A DNA stretch of 64,000 bases from an uncultured Gemmatimonadales bacterium (GCA_963842945.1 CAWJIM010000021.1:160001-224000), one strand, 5' to 3'; numbered from the stretch's first letter, positions 1-13,620 are shown. Made by a program: numbers and translations. The notes: a model not told the origin generated them from the letters alone.

Positions 1-239
1 GAGATCGGCTCGCCGCACCCACGGCAACGAGCCCGGAGAATCAACCAGGAGAGCACGGGGATGTTGTCGTACCACGCCAGCGCCCGGCCGCAGCGGGGGC
101 AGCGAGACCGGGGGTGAACCACCGACTGCTTCGGCTCCGCTCCCCAACGCAGGATGCACACATTCAGGAAGCTGCCGATCATCGCTCCGAGGAGCGCGGC
201 CACCACGATCTCGAATCCAAGAGGAAGGTCAGCGAGCAC
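1..239 (-). CDS. pilD: Type IV prepilin peptidase, N-terminal part (runs off the window edge)
   Basis: Manual translation: [32 protein letters not shown]...PRSRCPRCGRALAWYDNIPVLSWLILRARCRGCGEPI. The GSFLNV motif and two CxxC motifs are typical of PilD. Confidence 0.9.
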   Translation of the reverse strand, partial: MLADLPLGFEIVVAALLGAMIGSFLNVCILRWGAEPKQSVVHPRSRCPRCGRALAWYDNIPVLSWLILRARCRGCGEPI

Positions 240-1011
240 GGGTGACCTCGTACAACAGGATGCCGGCGGCAACCGCCACGTTGAGCGACTCCACCCCGCG
301 GGCCAGCGGGATGGCGACGCGCCGGTCGGCCGCCAGCTCCAGAGCCGGGCTCGCGCCGGCGCCCTCGTTCCCCAGCACCAGCGCCACCGGCGCGCGGTCG
401 GGGCTGCTGCCCCGCAATTGCTCGACTCTCTCGCCCGCTGCGTCGGCCACCCAGATCTCCGATCGTTGAAGGCGGGACCACGCCACGAACTCCTCAGCCG
501 TGGCCGAGACCGTCGGTAGCTTGAAGCTCGCGCCCATCGCCGAGCGCAACACTTTCGGATTGGTCAGATCGGCCGTCCCCTTCAGCGCGACCACTCCCGC
601 GGCGCCAAGTCCTAACGCGGTGCGCACAATGGTGCCCACGTTGCCCGGGTCCTGCACCCCATCGAGCACCAGCAGCGTCGTTCCGGAGAGCAGCTGGAGG
701 TCCACCCAGCTCCAACGCCTGGGCTCGATCACGGCGATCACGCCCTGGGGATGCTCGGTATCGGCCAGGGCCTCCAGCTCAGTCTCGCTGACGTCTTCCA
801 CTCGGACGCCGCGGCCGGCCAGCGCCGCCTTGAGAGAGTTCCCCCGGGTGGTACTTTCCAGCGTCGCAGAAACCGCCGCACCGCGAATCACAATGCCGCC
901 GGCGAGCGCCTCCTCGACGAGACGAACGCCTTCGGCCAGGGCCAATCCGCGCCGTTCCCTGCCGCGGCGGCGGTGCAGGTCTCGAATCAGCGTCTGGAGG
1001 GAGCTGTTCAT
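229..1011 (-). CDS. TrmH/SpoU-family RNA 2'-O-methyltransferase
   Basis: [22 protein letters not shown] and [21 protein letters not shown] motifs. Start taken at ATG 1011. Confidence 0.9.
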   Translation of the reverse strand: MNSSLQTLIRDLHRRRGRERRGLALAEGVRLVEEALAGGIVIRGAAVSATLESTTRGNSLKAALAGRGVRVEDVSETELEALADTEHPQGVIAVIEPRRWSWVDLQLLSGTTLLVLDGVQDPGNVGTIVRTALGLGAAGVVALKGTADLTNPKVLRSAMGASFKLPTVSATAEEFVAWSRLQRSEIWVADAAGERVEQLRGSSPDRAPVALVLGNEGAGASPALELAADRRVAIPLARGVESLNVAVAAGILLYEVTRAR

Positions 1012-1026
1012 GCCGGTGCTCACCCG

Positions 1027-1825
1027 ATGAAGATCGCCCTCACCATTGCCGGATCGGATTCCGGCGGCGGCGCCGGGATCCAGGCGGACCTGAAAACCTT
1101 CCAGCAATTCGGCGTTTTCGGGACTTCGGTGATCGTCGCCCTGACCGCCCAGAATACCCGGCAGGTTCGCGCGGTCGAGAGCGTCCCCGAAAACATGGTG
1201 ACCGAACAACTCACCGCGCTGGCGGAGGATCTTCCGCCTGCAGCGCTCAAGACCGGCATGCTGGCCGAAGCCCCGCTGGTCCGGCTGGTGGCGCGCGCCA
1301 TCCGGGAAAACGGCTGGGGCCCGCTGGTGGTCGATCCGGTCATGGTGGCCACCTCGGGGACCCGCCTCCTGAGCACTGAGGCCGAAGAGGTGGTGCGGGA
1401 GGATCTGCTTCCGCTAGCCGCTCTGGTGACCCCGAACCTGGACGAGGCCGCGATCCTGACCGGCCGCGTGGTGCACGATGCGACCGACCATGGAGCGGGC
1501 CGGCTCGACGCTGTTGCGGTTCGGCGCCGGAGCAGCCCTCATCAAGGGAGGCCATCTCCGCGGGCCGGTGCTGACCGACATCCTGGTGACGCCATCCGGA
1601 ATCCGCCGCTTCACCCGGGCCCGGATCGACACCGCGTCGATCCACGGCACCGGGTGCACCCTGTCAGCGGCGATCACTGCCGGACTCGCGCTGGGCCGGC
1701 CGCTGGAGCGGGCGGTGGAGGATGGGCTGGACTTCGTCCATCGCGCAATCGCGGCGGCGCCGGGACTGGGCAGCGGACACGGTCCGCTCAATCACACCGT
1801 GGACGCTCCTAAAGCTTCGCAATGA
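1027..1825 (+). CDS. thiD: Hydroxymethylpyrimidine/phosphomethylpyrimidine kinase (frameshift near 1480)
   Basis: [33 protein letters not shown] and TPNLDEA in one frame; [11 protein letters not shown] and GHGPLNH in the next frame. Confidence 0.92.
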
Positions 1826-2617
1826 TTCCTTCGACCAGTCCTGCCAGCTGGCCCCCGACCCGGCGAGCCGCCTCCATCACTTCGATATGATCGAGCTTCT
1901 GCGGCAGAATCCCGGCGGCCGCATTACTGACCACGGAGATTCCCAGGCAGCGAATCCCCCGAGCCCGGGCGGTGATGACTTCGAGCACGGTAGACATTCC
2001 CACGGCATCGGCGCCGAGCCGCTCCAGCATACGGATCTCTGCCGGTGTCTCGTAGCTGGGGCCGAGCAGCTGGACGTAGACCCCATCCTGCAGGGCGAGG
2101 TGTTGCTCCTGCGCCGCCTCATGCGCCAGGGCGCGAAGCGACCGATCGTACGGCTCGGACATGTCGGGGAACCGCTCCTCCCCCGGCAGCACCGGTCCGA
2201 TCAGCGGGTTACGAAAGGTCAAGTTCATATGGTCGTTGATCAGCATCAGGGCGCCCGACGTCAAGCTTCGGCGGATTCCACCTGCGGCATTAGTGAGGAT
2301 CAGAGTCTCGATGCCCAGGTTGGCAAAGGCCCGGATGGGGAGGGCGGTAACGCTCGCCTGGTGACCCTCATATAGATGGAAGCGTCCGCTCTGGGCCAGG
2401 ACCTCCTTGCCCGCGAGCTTGCCGATCACCAGTTCGCCGCCGTGTCCAATCACGGTGGTCTCGGGAAATCCCGGGATGTCTCCGTAGGGGATTCTGACGG
2501 CTTCCCCGATCCGGTCGGCCAGTCCACCCAAACCGGACCCCAGCACGACCGCCACCTGGGCCGCCGTGAGCCAATTCTCGCTCGTATCGCTTCTGCCGCT
2601 GCTTCGATGTCGTTCAC
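1809..2617 (-). CDS. punA: Purine-nucleoside phosphorylase (PNP I type; frameshift near the 5' end)
   Basis: [32 protein letters not shown] and [10 protein letters not shown] motifs. The N-terminus [16 protein letters not shown] is in the adjacent frame. Confidence 0.9.
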
Positions 2618-2653
2618 CGAATCATGTTGTGAGGGTTTTCGCGACTGGCGCGG

Positions 2654-2959
2654 GCTCCTCCGGGCGCTGCAGCACTCGCCGGTCGGAGCCCGGCAGATTG
2701 AGCAGATGCAGGGTCCCGAACCAGAGCCGGTCTCCTCCCCTCGTGCTGACGCGCCCTGTGGAGCCCCACGCCAGTCGCTATCACTCGCTTTTCACTAGTG
2801 CGACACGTCTGACCGCATCCTTTATATCACCGGAGCTGGAGTCTGCTCCGGAGGGGCGCGTCAGCACGAGGGGAGGAGACCGGGATTGCCTCGAGGACTG
2901 TCGAGCGATGAGGAGTCCCCGGGCTCCGACCGTCGAGTGCTGCAGCGCCTCGGAGGAGC
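2654..2959. repeat. Large nested inverted repeat, intergenic
   Basis: 2727-2756 is the exact reverse complement of 2854-2883 (30 bp). 2654-2693 pairs with 2919-2959 with one mismatch and one indel. Confidence 0.9.
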
Positions 2960-2987
2960 AGCTCCAGCTCCGTTCACTGACACCGTG

Positions 2988-4405
2988 TCACAGCAAAATC
3001 CCGGCGATGGTCGCCGACAAGAAATTCGCCAGCGTCCCCGCGAGCATCGCGCGGATCCCCAGACGGGCGAGGTCACGCTTGCGCTCCGGCACCAGCGCCC
3101 CGATGCCGCCCAGTTGAATACCCACCGAGCTGAAGTTGGCGAATCCCGCCAGCGCAAACGACGCAATGGTGAATGACCGCGGGTCGAGCTGCTCCTTCAT
3201 CGGCCCCAGCTGGGAGTAGGCGATGAACTCGTTGAGAACCATCCGGGTGCCGAGCAGGCTTCCAATGGTCCCACTGTCGTGCCAGGGTACGCCCATGACC
3301 CAGGCGATCGGACGAAAGATCCAGCCGAGCACGGTCTGCAGGTCGCGAGGGAACCAGTTGATGTAGCCGTGAATCGCAGCAAAGCCTCCGTTGAGCAGCG
3401 CGACCAGGGCCACGAACGACACCAGCATCGCGATCACGTTCAGCATCAGGTTCAAGCCCTCGCTGGTGCCCCTGGCGGCGGCGTCGAGCAGGTTCACGTC
3501 CTGCTTGGGCATGTCGAGCTTCACCTTGCCGTAGGTCTCCGGCACTTCGGTCTCGGGCTCGAACAGCTTGGCCATCATGATGGTGCCAGGGGCGGTCATG
3601 ATTACCGCGGTCAGCAGATGCCGGGCCTCGATCCCAAAGGCGATGTACGCCACCATGATCGAGCCCGAGATGTGAGCCATCCCCGAGGTCATCACCGTCA
3701 TCAGCTCGGAGCGGGTCATCCGCGCAAGGAAGGGCCGAATGGTGAGCGGCGCCTCGGTCTGACCCATGAAGATCGACGCCGCCACGTTGAGGCTTTCGGC
3801 TCCGCTCGCGCCCATCACCCGGCTCATCAGAATGGCGAAGGCGCGCACGATGAGCTGCATGATGCCGAGGTAGTACATGATGGCAAACAGCGCGCTGACG
3901 AAGATGATCGCGGGCAGAAGCTGGAACGCGAAGATCACGCCCAGGCTGGAGTTCGGCTTACCCAGCTCGCCGAAGACGAACTGGGAGCCGATGTAGGAGT
4001 AGTTGAGGATTCCGGTGACGAAGCTGCCCAGCGCGCGAAACAGCTGTTGGCCGGCGGGAATGCGGAGCACAAAGATGGCGAACAGGAGCTGCAGGGTGAG
4101 CCCCCAGGCCACCACCCGCCAGCGGATCTGTCGCCGGTTGTGCGACAGGGCGATCGCGATCGCCACCAGGGCGACGATACCGAAGAGGCCGGTGAGCCGC
4201 GAGCCGAGGCTCTGGGACTGGTGGACCGGCGTGAGATCGGGCTTGGGCGGCTGGAGCACCTGCGTGTCGCGCTGAACCCGAACGCTGTGCCTGGGTCTGG
4301 GCCACCAGCCCGCTGACCCCGCGCCAGGTGAGCCCCGGAATCATCCAGGAAGAGAGGAGCGCGGCGACGAGCAGGAGAGTGCCGAAGAAGCCAGCGTAGT
4401 CGCAT
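2988..4405 (-). CDS. nupC: Concentrative nucleoside transporter (NupC/CNT family); 5' extension frameshifted
   Basis: IFMGQTEAPL, VLNEFIAY and GFANFSSVGIQLGG CNT motifs, with multiple TM segments. Confidence 0.88.
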
Positions 4406-4411
4406 GGAAGG

Positions 4412-4457
4412 GATCCTTCGCTTCGCTCAGGATGACAGCCGGGGGCTCAGGATGACA
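4412..4457. repeat. REP-like element (GATCCTTCGCTTCGCTCAGGATGACA plus a second GCTCAGGATGACA)
   Basis: 13-bp direct repeat GCTCAGGATGACA, intergenic between add and nupC. Confidence 0.6.
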
Positions 4458-4478
4458 CCGCGTCTGGCAACGCTCAGC

Positions 4479-4518
4479 GACTCGTGACTCGTGACTCGCG
4501 ACTCGTGACTCGTGACTC
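4479..4518. repeat. Heptamer tandem repeat (GACTCGT)n
   Basis: gactcgtgactcgtgactcgcgactcgtgactcgtgactc, directly after the add stop codon. Confidence 0.9.
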
Positions 4519-4522
4519 TTGC

Positions 4523-5551
4523 CTATAACGCCGCCAATTCCTCCCTCGCGCGCGCTACCAGCTTCTGTCTCTCCGGCCAGGGCAGAAACGCGCTCTCGAA
4601 GCCATTGAGAATCAGCCGGTCGATCTCGTCGCGGGTGAAGCCCAGCTCGGTGTGCGCCAGCCAGTATTCGTCACTCAGGGAGACGCCGGTCATCAGCCAG
4701 CCATCGGTGCACAAGGTGACGTTGAGCCCGGCGTCGAAGTACTCGCGCACCGGATGGTCCGACGCCCGGGGCACCGCGCGAGTCTGAATGTTGCTGGTGA
4801 TATTGATCTCCACCGGAATCCGCCGGTCCCGGATGTACTCCATGCAGCGTCCGGCTGTCTCCGATCCGGGTGCCGTGGCCGATCCGGTTGGCATGGCAGA
4901 GGGCGATCGCCTCCGCCACCGACTCCGGCCCGGCGGCTTCGCCCGCGTGCACCGTGATGCCGAGATATCCCTTCTGTGCCAGGTCGAAGGCAGCCTTGTG
5001 CCGGCCCGGCGGGCCGGCCCGCCTCGCCGCCGGCCAGATCGAACGCCACCACGCCCCGGTCCCGGTGCTCCACCGAGCAGCCGTGCGATCTCCGACTGAG
5101 ACGGCGGGGTCATAGTGCCGGAGCGAGCAGTTGATTACCCGGGCCACCACGCCAAACTCGCGCTCTCCCCGCGCAAGACCCGCGCAGCTCGGCTTCGATG
5201 ACCTGATCCAGCGTCAGTCCCTGCCGCCGGCTCAGCTCGGGGCAGTAGCGAACCTCGAGATAGCGCAGGTTGTCGCGGGCGGCATCCTCCACCATCTCGT
5301 AGGCCACCCGCTCGATCGCCTCGGGAGTCTGCAGCAGGGGGATGGTATAATCGAACCGGCGGAGATAGTCCTCGAGGTCGCCGGCGTCGTCGACCAGCAT
5401 GAACCTCCGGAGCGGGTCGGGGCTCGCTCGCGGGCAGCTCGATCTTCGCCTGGCGTGCCAGGTCGATCATCGTTTCGGCCCGGAGACAGCTGTCGAGATG
5501 CACGTGCAGCTCCGCCTTGGGCAGGCGCCCGATCAGCTCACGTGTCAGCAT
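4523..5551 (-). CDS. add: Adenosine deaminase (several frameshifts)
   Basis: LPKAELHVHLD, YLEVRYCP, TVHAGEAAG, RIGHG and VTLCTDGWLM motifs spread over frames. Confidence 0.9.
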
Positions 5552-5774
5552 TGCTTCCCCGCCTGGCCCGCACCACCACCCGAAGGATGGCCCCACTCGC
5601 CAGGATCTGGTCCGGATCGACCTCGATCCCCCGTCCATCGGTGACATAGGCCTCGCCGGCGATCACCCGGTCGCTCAGTGCAGGGTCGAACCGCCGCAGC
5701 GCCTCGGCCGCGGTAGAGCCGGCGGGCAGATCCACCAGCGCGGAGTTCACGAAGACCCGGATGTCGGGAAGCAT
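5538..5774 (-). CDS. Small ThiS/MoaD-like (beta-grasp-like) protein without C-terminal GG
   Basis: 78 aa, IRVFVNSALVDLPAGSTAAEAL...GAILRVV. Overlaps the add start by 14 bp. Confidence 0.6.
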   Translation of the reverse strand: MLPDIRVFVNSALVDLPAGSTAAEALRRFDPALSDRVIAGEAYVTDGRGIEVDPDQILASGAILRVVVRARRGSNADT

Positions 5775-5829
5775 GGCCGGGAAATATCAGAGGGGAAGGC
5801 AGATGCGCAAAGGCGGCGGGATAACCATT

Positions 5830-5847
5830 CCGTGACAGACCTGTGAC
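5830..5847. promoter_or_regulatory. Candidate Pho box (CCGTGAC-N4-CTGTGAC)
   Basis: 11-bp direct repeat. The reverse strand (5849-5832) reads CGGTCAC-AGGT-CTGTCAC, close to the E. coli Pho box. Confidence 0.6.
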
Positions 5848-5914
5848 CGCGCGACAATGTGGCCGGACTAGCATTCTCGGCGACGGGGTTCACCCACTAC
5901 ACCAAAAGGCGACA

Positions 5915-6351
5915 ATGTTGCTCTCCCGGTGCTCAGCGATCTGTCGTCTGCTCCCGCTTGCCCTGGCGATTGCCGGCTGCAGCGGACTTCAGGCCGGTCC
6001 CGAGACATCCAGCGTGACCCCGGTTCCCGCTTCACGCGACTCGGCCTTCGTCCGGGCTCGCCGCGCGCTGCAGGGCGAATCGTTCACCCTCGACCTGGTG
6101 GACTCGACCGGTGGTCGTCTGAGCGGTACCCGGTGGCCCGGTTCCAACGCCCAGCTGGGCACCGCCACCGCCTGCCACGTCAACGTCGCCCTGACGATCC
6201 GGGGCGACGCCAACAGCTCCGAGGTGGCTTCGACCAGCCGGTGGATAGCTCCGAGCAGCATGAGCGAGAAATCCCCAAGGTCTGCGAGCAGGAGCGCAGC
6301 CAGGTGCTGGACCGGACGAATCAGGTGCTGGTCCCACCCCCCACACCATAA
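5915..6351 (+). CDS. Hypothetical lipoprotein (frameshift near 6275)
   Basis: Signal peptide with lipobox LAIAGC. The C-terminus KVCEQERSQVLDRTNQVLVPPPTP is in another frame. Confidence 0.65.
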
Positions 6352-6509
6352 CGGAAGAGATTCTGCCCGGGTCAGCGATGAGGAATCCCCGCTACCCGCT
6401 CCGCGTACGAGCCCCCGCAAAGCCTGACCCACCGGCTCCGGAGACGGGCTTACCTGTCCCTCCCGCCCTCCCCCTATATTCGTCCCTACCCTCGAGTACG
6501 GGATTGGGC

Positions 6510-7217
6510 ATGACCCATCGTATCCTCGTCGTGGACGACGAGCCGGATATTACCGCGCTGGTCGCCTACCACCTGGCCAAGGTGGGCTATCGGGTGTCCA
6601 CTGCGGCCAACGGCCCCGACGCGCTGAAAGCGGCGCGGGACGAACGTCCCGATGTCGTGGTGCTGGATCTGATGCTGCCCGGCGTGTCCGGCTACGACGT
6701 GCTGGCGGAGCTTCGCCGCCGGGAGGAAACCAAGGATGTGGGAGTCATTCTCCTCACCGCCCGGCGGGAGGAAACCGACCGGATCCGCGGCTTGTCGCTC
6801 GGCGCCGACGACTACCTGACCAAGCCGTTCTCCCCCCAGGAGCTGTCGCTCCGGGTTGGCGCCCTGCTCCGCCGGCTGGGATCGCCCGCGGTGAGCGCCG
6901 GCTCGACCCTCAGCGCCGGCCCCATCTCCATCGACCGCTCGGCTCACCGCGCGACCCTCCACGGCCGCGAGCTGAACCTCACCGCGACCGAGTACAAGCT
7001 TCTGCTTACCTTGGTGGAACGGCGGGGAAGAGTGCAGAGCCGTCCCCAGTTGCTGGAGATCGTCTGGGAGGCTCAGCCGGACATTCAGACCCGCACGGTG
7101 GACATGCACGTGCAGCGGCTCAGAACCAAGCTGGAGGATGCCGGCAAGTTGATCGAGACCGTGCGAGGATTCGGCTACCGCTTTCGGGGAGGTGAGCGCG
7201 GGGCGCGCAGCAAGTGA
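6510..7217 (+). CDS. phoB: OmpR-family response regulator, PhoB/PhoP
   Basis: ILVVDDE, LDLMLP, GADDYLTKPF and TRTVDMHVQRLRTKL motifs; located in a phosphate locus. Confidence 0.85.
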   Translation: MTHRILVVDDEPDITALVAYHLAKVGYRVSTAANGPDALKAARDERPDVVVLDLMLPGVSGYDVLAELRRREETKDVGVILLTARREETDRIRGLSLGADDYLTKPFSPQELSLRVGALLRRLGSPAVSAGSTLSAGPISIDRSAHRATLHGRELNLTATEYKLLLTLVERRGRVQSRPQLLEIVWEAQPDIQTRTVDMHVQRLRTKLEDAGKLIETVRGFGYRFRGGERGARSK

Positions 7218-8939
7218 GCTTTGTTCGGCGGCTGGTGCTGGGATCCATATCTGATCCTGGTGTTGACGGTGGGGATCCTCTTTGGACTGGCCGAGCGCTC
7301 TCTCCGCCGGGATCTGGAAACCGACATCGTGCGCTCGCTGGAGAGCGAGGCGCGCCTGGTTCGCGAGGCCCTCCCCGCCGATACCGCGGCATGGCAGGTC
7401 ACCGTACGTCGTCTCGCGTCGCAGACCGGACATCGCATTTCCCTGATCGACCGCCGCGGCTGGGTCCGCGCGGATAGCGACTTTCCGCCCGGCCAGCTGC
7501 CCCCTCTGGAAAACCACAGTAACCGTCCCGAGGTTCAGGCCGCATTGCGTGGAGGGCGCGGAAGCTCCAGCCGGCGGAGCGCCAGCGTCGGCCGACTGCT
7601 GATGTACGTCGCGATACCAGGCCGCCCCGGGGTGGTGCGGGTGGCCGCGGGTCTGGATCAGGTGGACGAAATCGTGAACCGCGCTCAACAGGCGGTGGCC
7701 GGCGCCGCCCTGTTGGCGTTGCTGATCGGGAGCGTGCTCGCGCTCGCCGCCGGCCGTTCGATCGCCCGGCCGCTGGTGGAGATCGGATCGGCCGCCCGGG
7801 CGATTGCCGATGGCGCGCCGCCCCGCTTTCCCCATTCGGGCATTCCCGACATCGATCGCCTGGTGCAGGCGCTCCGGGAGATGCACCGCCAGCTGGCCGA
7901 CCGCTTCGCGGACCTGCGCCGGGAACAGTCGGAATCGGCAGCCCTGGTCGAATCCATGGTGGAAGGGGTCATTGCCGCCGACGTACGCGGCCGCATCGTC
8001 ACCGCCAACTCGGCGGCCCGCCGGATTCTGGGATACAAGTTCGATGAATCGCTGCCCGACTTCCCCGCGCTGTTTCGGGTGAAGGGCGCGCGGGAGGTCG
8101 TCAACCAGGTGATGCGGGGGAAACTGGTGCAGGATCGCGAAGTCGAGATGGAAGACCGCACGCTGTTGATGAACGCGCGCCCGCTGCCGTCGGGCGGGGC
8201 CGTGTTGGTGCTGCACGATCTCACCGAGCTCAGGCGGCTCGAGTCCATGCGGCGCGACTTTGTGGCCAACGTGTCGCACGAGCTCAAGACCCCGCTCACC
8301 TCGATCTCCGGGTACGCCGAGACCCTGCTCAGCGATAATCTCGAGCCCGAGGTGAGCCGACGATTCGTGGCCACCATAGCCGGGAACGCCAAGCGGATGC
8401 AGCGTCTGGTGGACGATCTGCTGGATCTGGCCCGGCTGGAAGCAGGGCGGTGGCAACCCGAGCCCGAGCCGATCAATCTGGCGGCGATCTGCCGGGAAAC
8501 CTGGGATGGACTGGGCGACGGCAACCGGAGGGCAGCAATCGATTATCAGATCGACATCGGGGCCGGGGCCGACGAGCTGATCGCCGATCCCGATGCGGTG
8601 CGCCAGATCCTGACCAATCTGCTGGAGAACTCATCCCGCTATACCCCGGCCGGTGGGCGGATCACCTGCCGCGCCGCGGTAGTCAATTCGGGCATTGCCC
8701 TGAGCGTCGCCGACACCGGTTCCGGCATCATCCCGGACCACCTGCCCCGCATTTTCGAGCGGTTCTATCGCTCAGACCCGGCTCGTTCCCGGGAGCAGGG
8801 AGGCACCGGGCTGGGTCTCGCCATCGTCAAGCATCTGGTCGAAGCCCACGGCGGACGGGTGTCGGCGCAGAGCGAGCTGGGTGTCGGCACCACCATCACC
8901 TGCTGGTTTCGGGCCGATCAGGCACGGCAAAATCTTTAA
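7214..8939 (+). CDS. phoR: Sensor histidine kinase, PhoR (HAMP-PAS-HisKA-HATPase)
   Basis: RRDFVANVSHELKTPLT, FERFYRSD and GGTGLGLAIVKH motifs. GTGA overlap with phoB and a 5' frameshift. Confidence 0.88.
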
Positions 8940-9165
8940 GGGCCACTGAAGCGGCCGGAGACTCATGCTGCAGCCGGCGTGGCCGCAACTCCGCAGACCT
9001 CACGGTAGCTTCGATCCAGTCGCTCCATCTCTCGCTCCCAGGACCGGAAAACTCTTTAGCTTGGATTCCACGATCGACGCGAGGAGGCGTGAATTTCTGC
9101 CTGACTCCGAACCCAGCACGTAAGTCCGCCCACCGCAGATACCTAGACCTTGGCCGGCTAACCGA

Positions 9166-9183
9166 TCGTTACCCATTCGTGAC
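9166..9183. promoter_or_regulatory. Candidate Pho box (TCGTTAC-N4-TCGTGAC) upstream of ppx-ppk1
   Basis: 11-bp direct repeat about 50 bp upstream of the ppx ATG. Confidence 0.55.
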
Positions 9184-9232
9184 GAAGGGGACTGGCGCGA
9201 AAGCCGAAGTAAGTCGAATCTACAAACCAGCT

Positions 9233-10859
9233 ATGACCTCACCTGAATCACCGGCATCGCCCCGCCTGGCCGCCATCGACGTTGGCACCAACACGATCCG
9301 ACTGACCGTCGCCGAGGTTCAGGACGACGATACCTATCGCATTCTGGACGAAGAGCGAGAGATGGTCCGGCTGGGAGAGAAGCTGGACCGGACCGGCCGG
9401 CTCTCCGATGAGGCCATCCAGCGCGCGCTCGCCGCGATCGGCAAGATGAAGGCGATCGCCGACGGCTTCAAAATCCGCCAGATCCGGGCTATTGCGACGA
9501 GTGCGGTGCGCGAGGCCGCCAACGGGCGCCAGTTTATCCGTGAGGTCTCCCGGCAGCACAAGGTCAGGATCGACGTGATTTCGGGCGAGGAAGAGGCCCA
9601 GCTCGCCTTCCACACCGCCGCCCGCCACTTCGATTTCCAGGGCCGCTCCACCGCCGTGGTTGACATCGGCGGCGGCAGCGTCGAGGTGATCCTCTCCGCC
9701 GGCACCGCCATCGATCACGTATATTCGCTGCCCTTGGGCGCGGTGCGGGTCACCGAGCGGTTGGTCCGATCCGACCCGCTCAAGCCGAAGCATTGGAAAG
9801 CGATGAAGGAGGAGATCGATCGCGGCATTCGGTCGGTGCTCCGCCAACCCCATCACCGGGCGGAGATCATGATCGGCAGCGGCGGCACCTTCACCGCGCT
9901 GGCCCACATGTCCAAGTTCCAGCGCGAAGGCCGCCATGGCTCGGTGCAGGGCTACGTGCTCACGCCCTCGGACATCGTCCACCTGCTGCGCCACTTGCGG
10001 GATACCCCACTGGAAGCCCGGCGGCAGATCCCCGGGCTGAGCCCCGACCGGGCCGACATCATCGTGGCCGGTGCCGCGGTAATCTCCCGGCTGGTACGAG
10101 GGCTCGGCACCCAGCAGATCATGGTAAACGAGCGCGGGATCAGGGACGGCCTGCTGCTCCGTATGATCTCGGAGCTGCCGGGCCGGTCACCCAATAATCA
10201 GCTGCCTCAGCCCAGCAACCGGATCGACTGGGCCCGCCATTTTGCCCGGAAGGCACACTCCAACGAGCGGCATTGCGAGCAGGTGGCCAATCTGGCGCTC
10301 CAGATCTTCGATGGAGTCAAGACCCGGTACGACCTGCCCGCTTCCAGCCGGGACCTGCTCCAGGCCGCCGCGATCCTGCACGACATCGGTTATCTCATCA
10401 GTCACGCCAAGCATCACAAACACGCTTACCATCTGATCATGCACGGTGACCTTCCCGGCTTCAGCCCTCACGAGGTGGAGCTCATCGCCAATGTGGTGCG
10501 CTATCACCGCAAGGCGTTTCCGCGAAAGCGGCACGAGAACCTGGCCTATCTGGATGGGTCGGATCGCCGGCTCATCGCGCGGCTGAGCGGAATTCTTCGA
10601 ATCGCCGAGGGGCTGGACCGCACGCATTCCCAGTCCATCACCGGGATCAAGGTGCGAGCGCTCCGGGGAAGACTCCGGATCAGCGTCGAGGCCCAGTCGC
10701 TTCCTCGAGATCGAAGTTGCCGACGCGGCCCGAAAGGCGGATCTGTTCCGCAATGCGTTCGGCACCGAGGTGGAGCTGGTCTGGCATCCACTCGGGTCAC
10801 GCACCCGGATGAACGCCGGCTCCCGAGGTTCACACTTGCACGTGGTTGGGGCGGGCTGA
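9233..10859 (+). CDS. ppx: Exopolyphosphatase Ppx/GppA with HD domain (frameshift near 10705)
   Basis: AAIDVGTNTIRL, ATSAVREA, DIGGGSVE and LHDIG motifs. The C-terminus EIEVADAARKADLFRNAFG...* is in a shifted frame ending at TGA 10857-10859. Confidence 0.88.
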
Positions 10860-10867
10860 GACCGATC

Positions 10868-13116
<2,249 letters not shown>

Positions 13117-13120
<4 letters not shown>

Positions 13121-13620
13121 GGATTCTCGTGGTGCGGCATGGACCGGCGGGCGACCGGGAGGAATGGGAGCGCACCGGAAAAGACGACAGCCTTCGTCCC
13201 CTGACTCCCAAGGGGAAGAAGGAGGTACGAAAGGCCGCCGCCGGCCTGGTCCGCCTGCTTCCATCCCTCGACCTCATCGCCACCAGCCCCTGGACTCGCG
13301 CGGCGCAAACCGCCGAAATCGTGAACCAGGAATACGGAGTTGACCTGGAAGAGTTGGAGGAGCTCACCTCCGACCACCGGCCCGAAGAGCTGCGTCCCTG
13401 GCTGGATCAGCAGGGCAACCGCGAGGCGGTGGCGGTGGTGGGACACGAGCCGCACCTGGGACTTCTGGTCGGATATCTGCTGAGCGGCCGGAGCGCGTCC
13501 TTCGTTGATCTCAAGAAGGGGGGCGCCTGTCTACTGGAGATGGGCCGCCCAACCAAGCCCGGAGGCGGATGTCTCGAGTGGTTGATGACAGATCGCGAGC
13601 TCCGGCGACTCGGTGAGTAG
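13117..13620 (+). CDS. sixA: SixA-like histidine phosphatase
   Basis: RHG motif, RPLTPKG, TSPWTRAAQTA and VGHEP. Confidence 0.85.

Noticed and set aside
1012..1810. thiD as an invertible segment
   Set aside because: No convincing inverted repeats at the boundaries and no recombinase gene.
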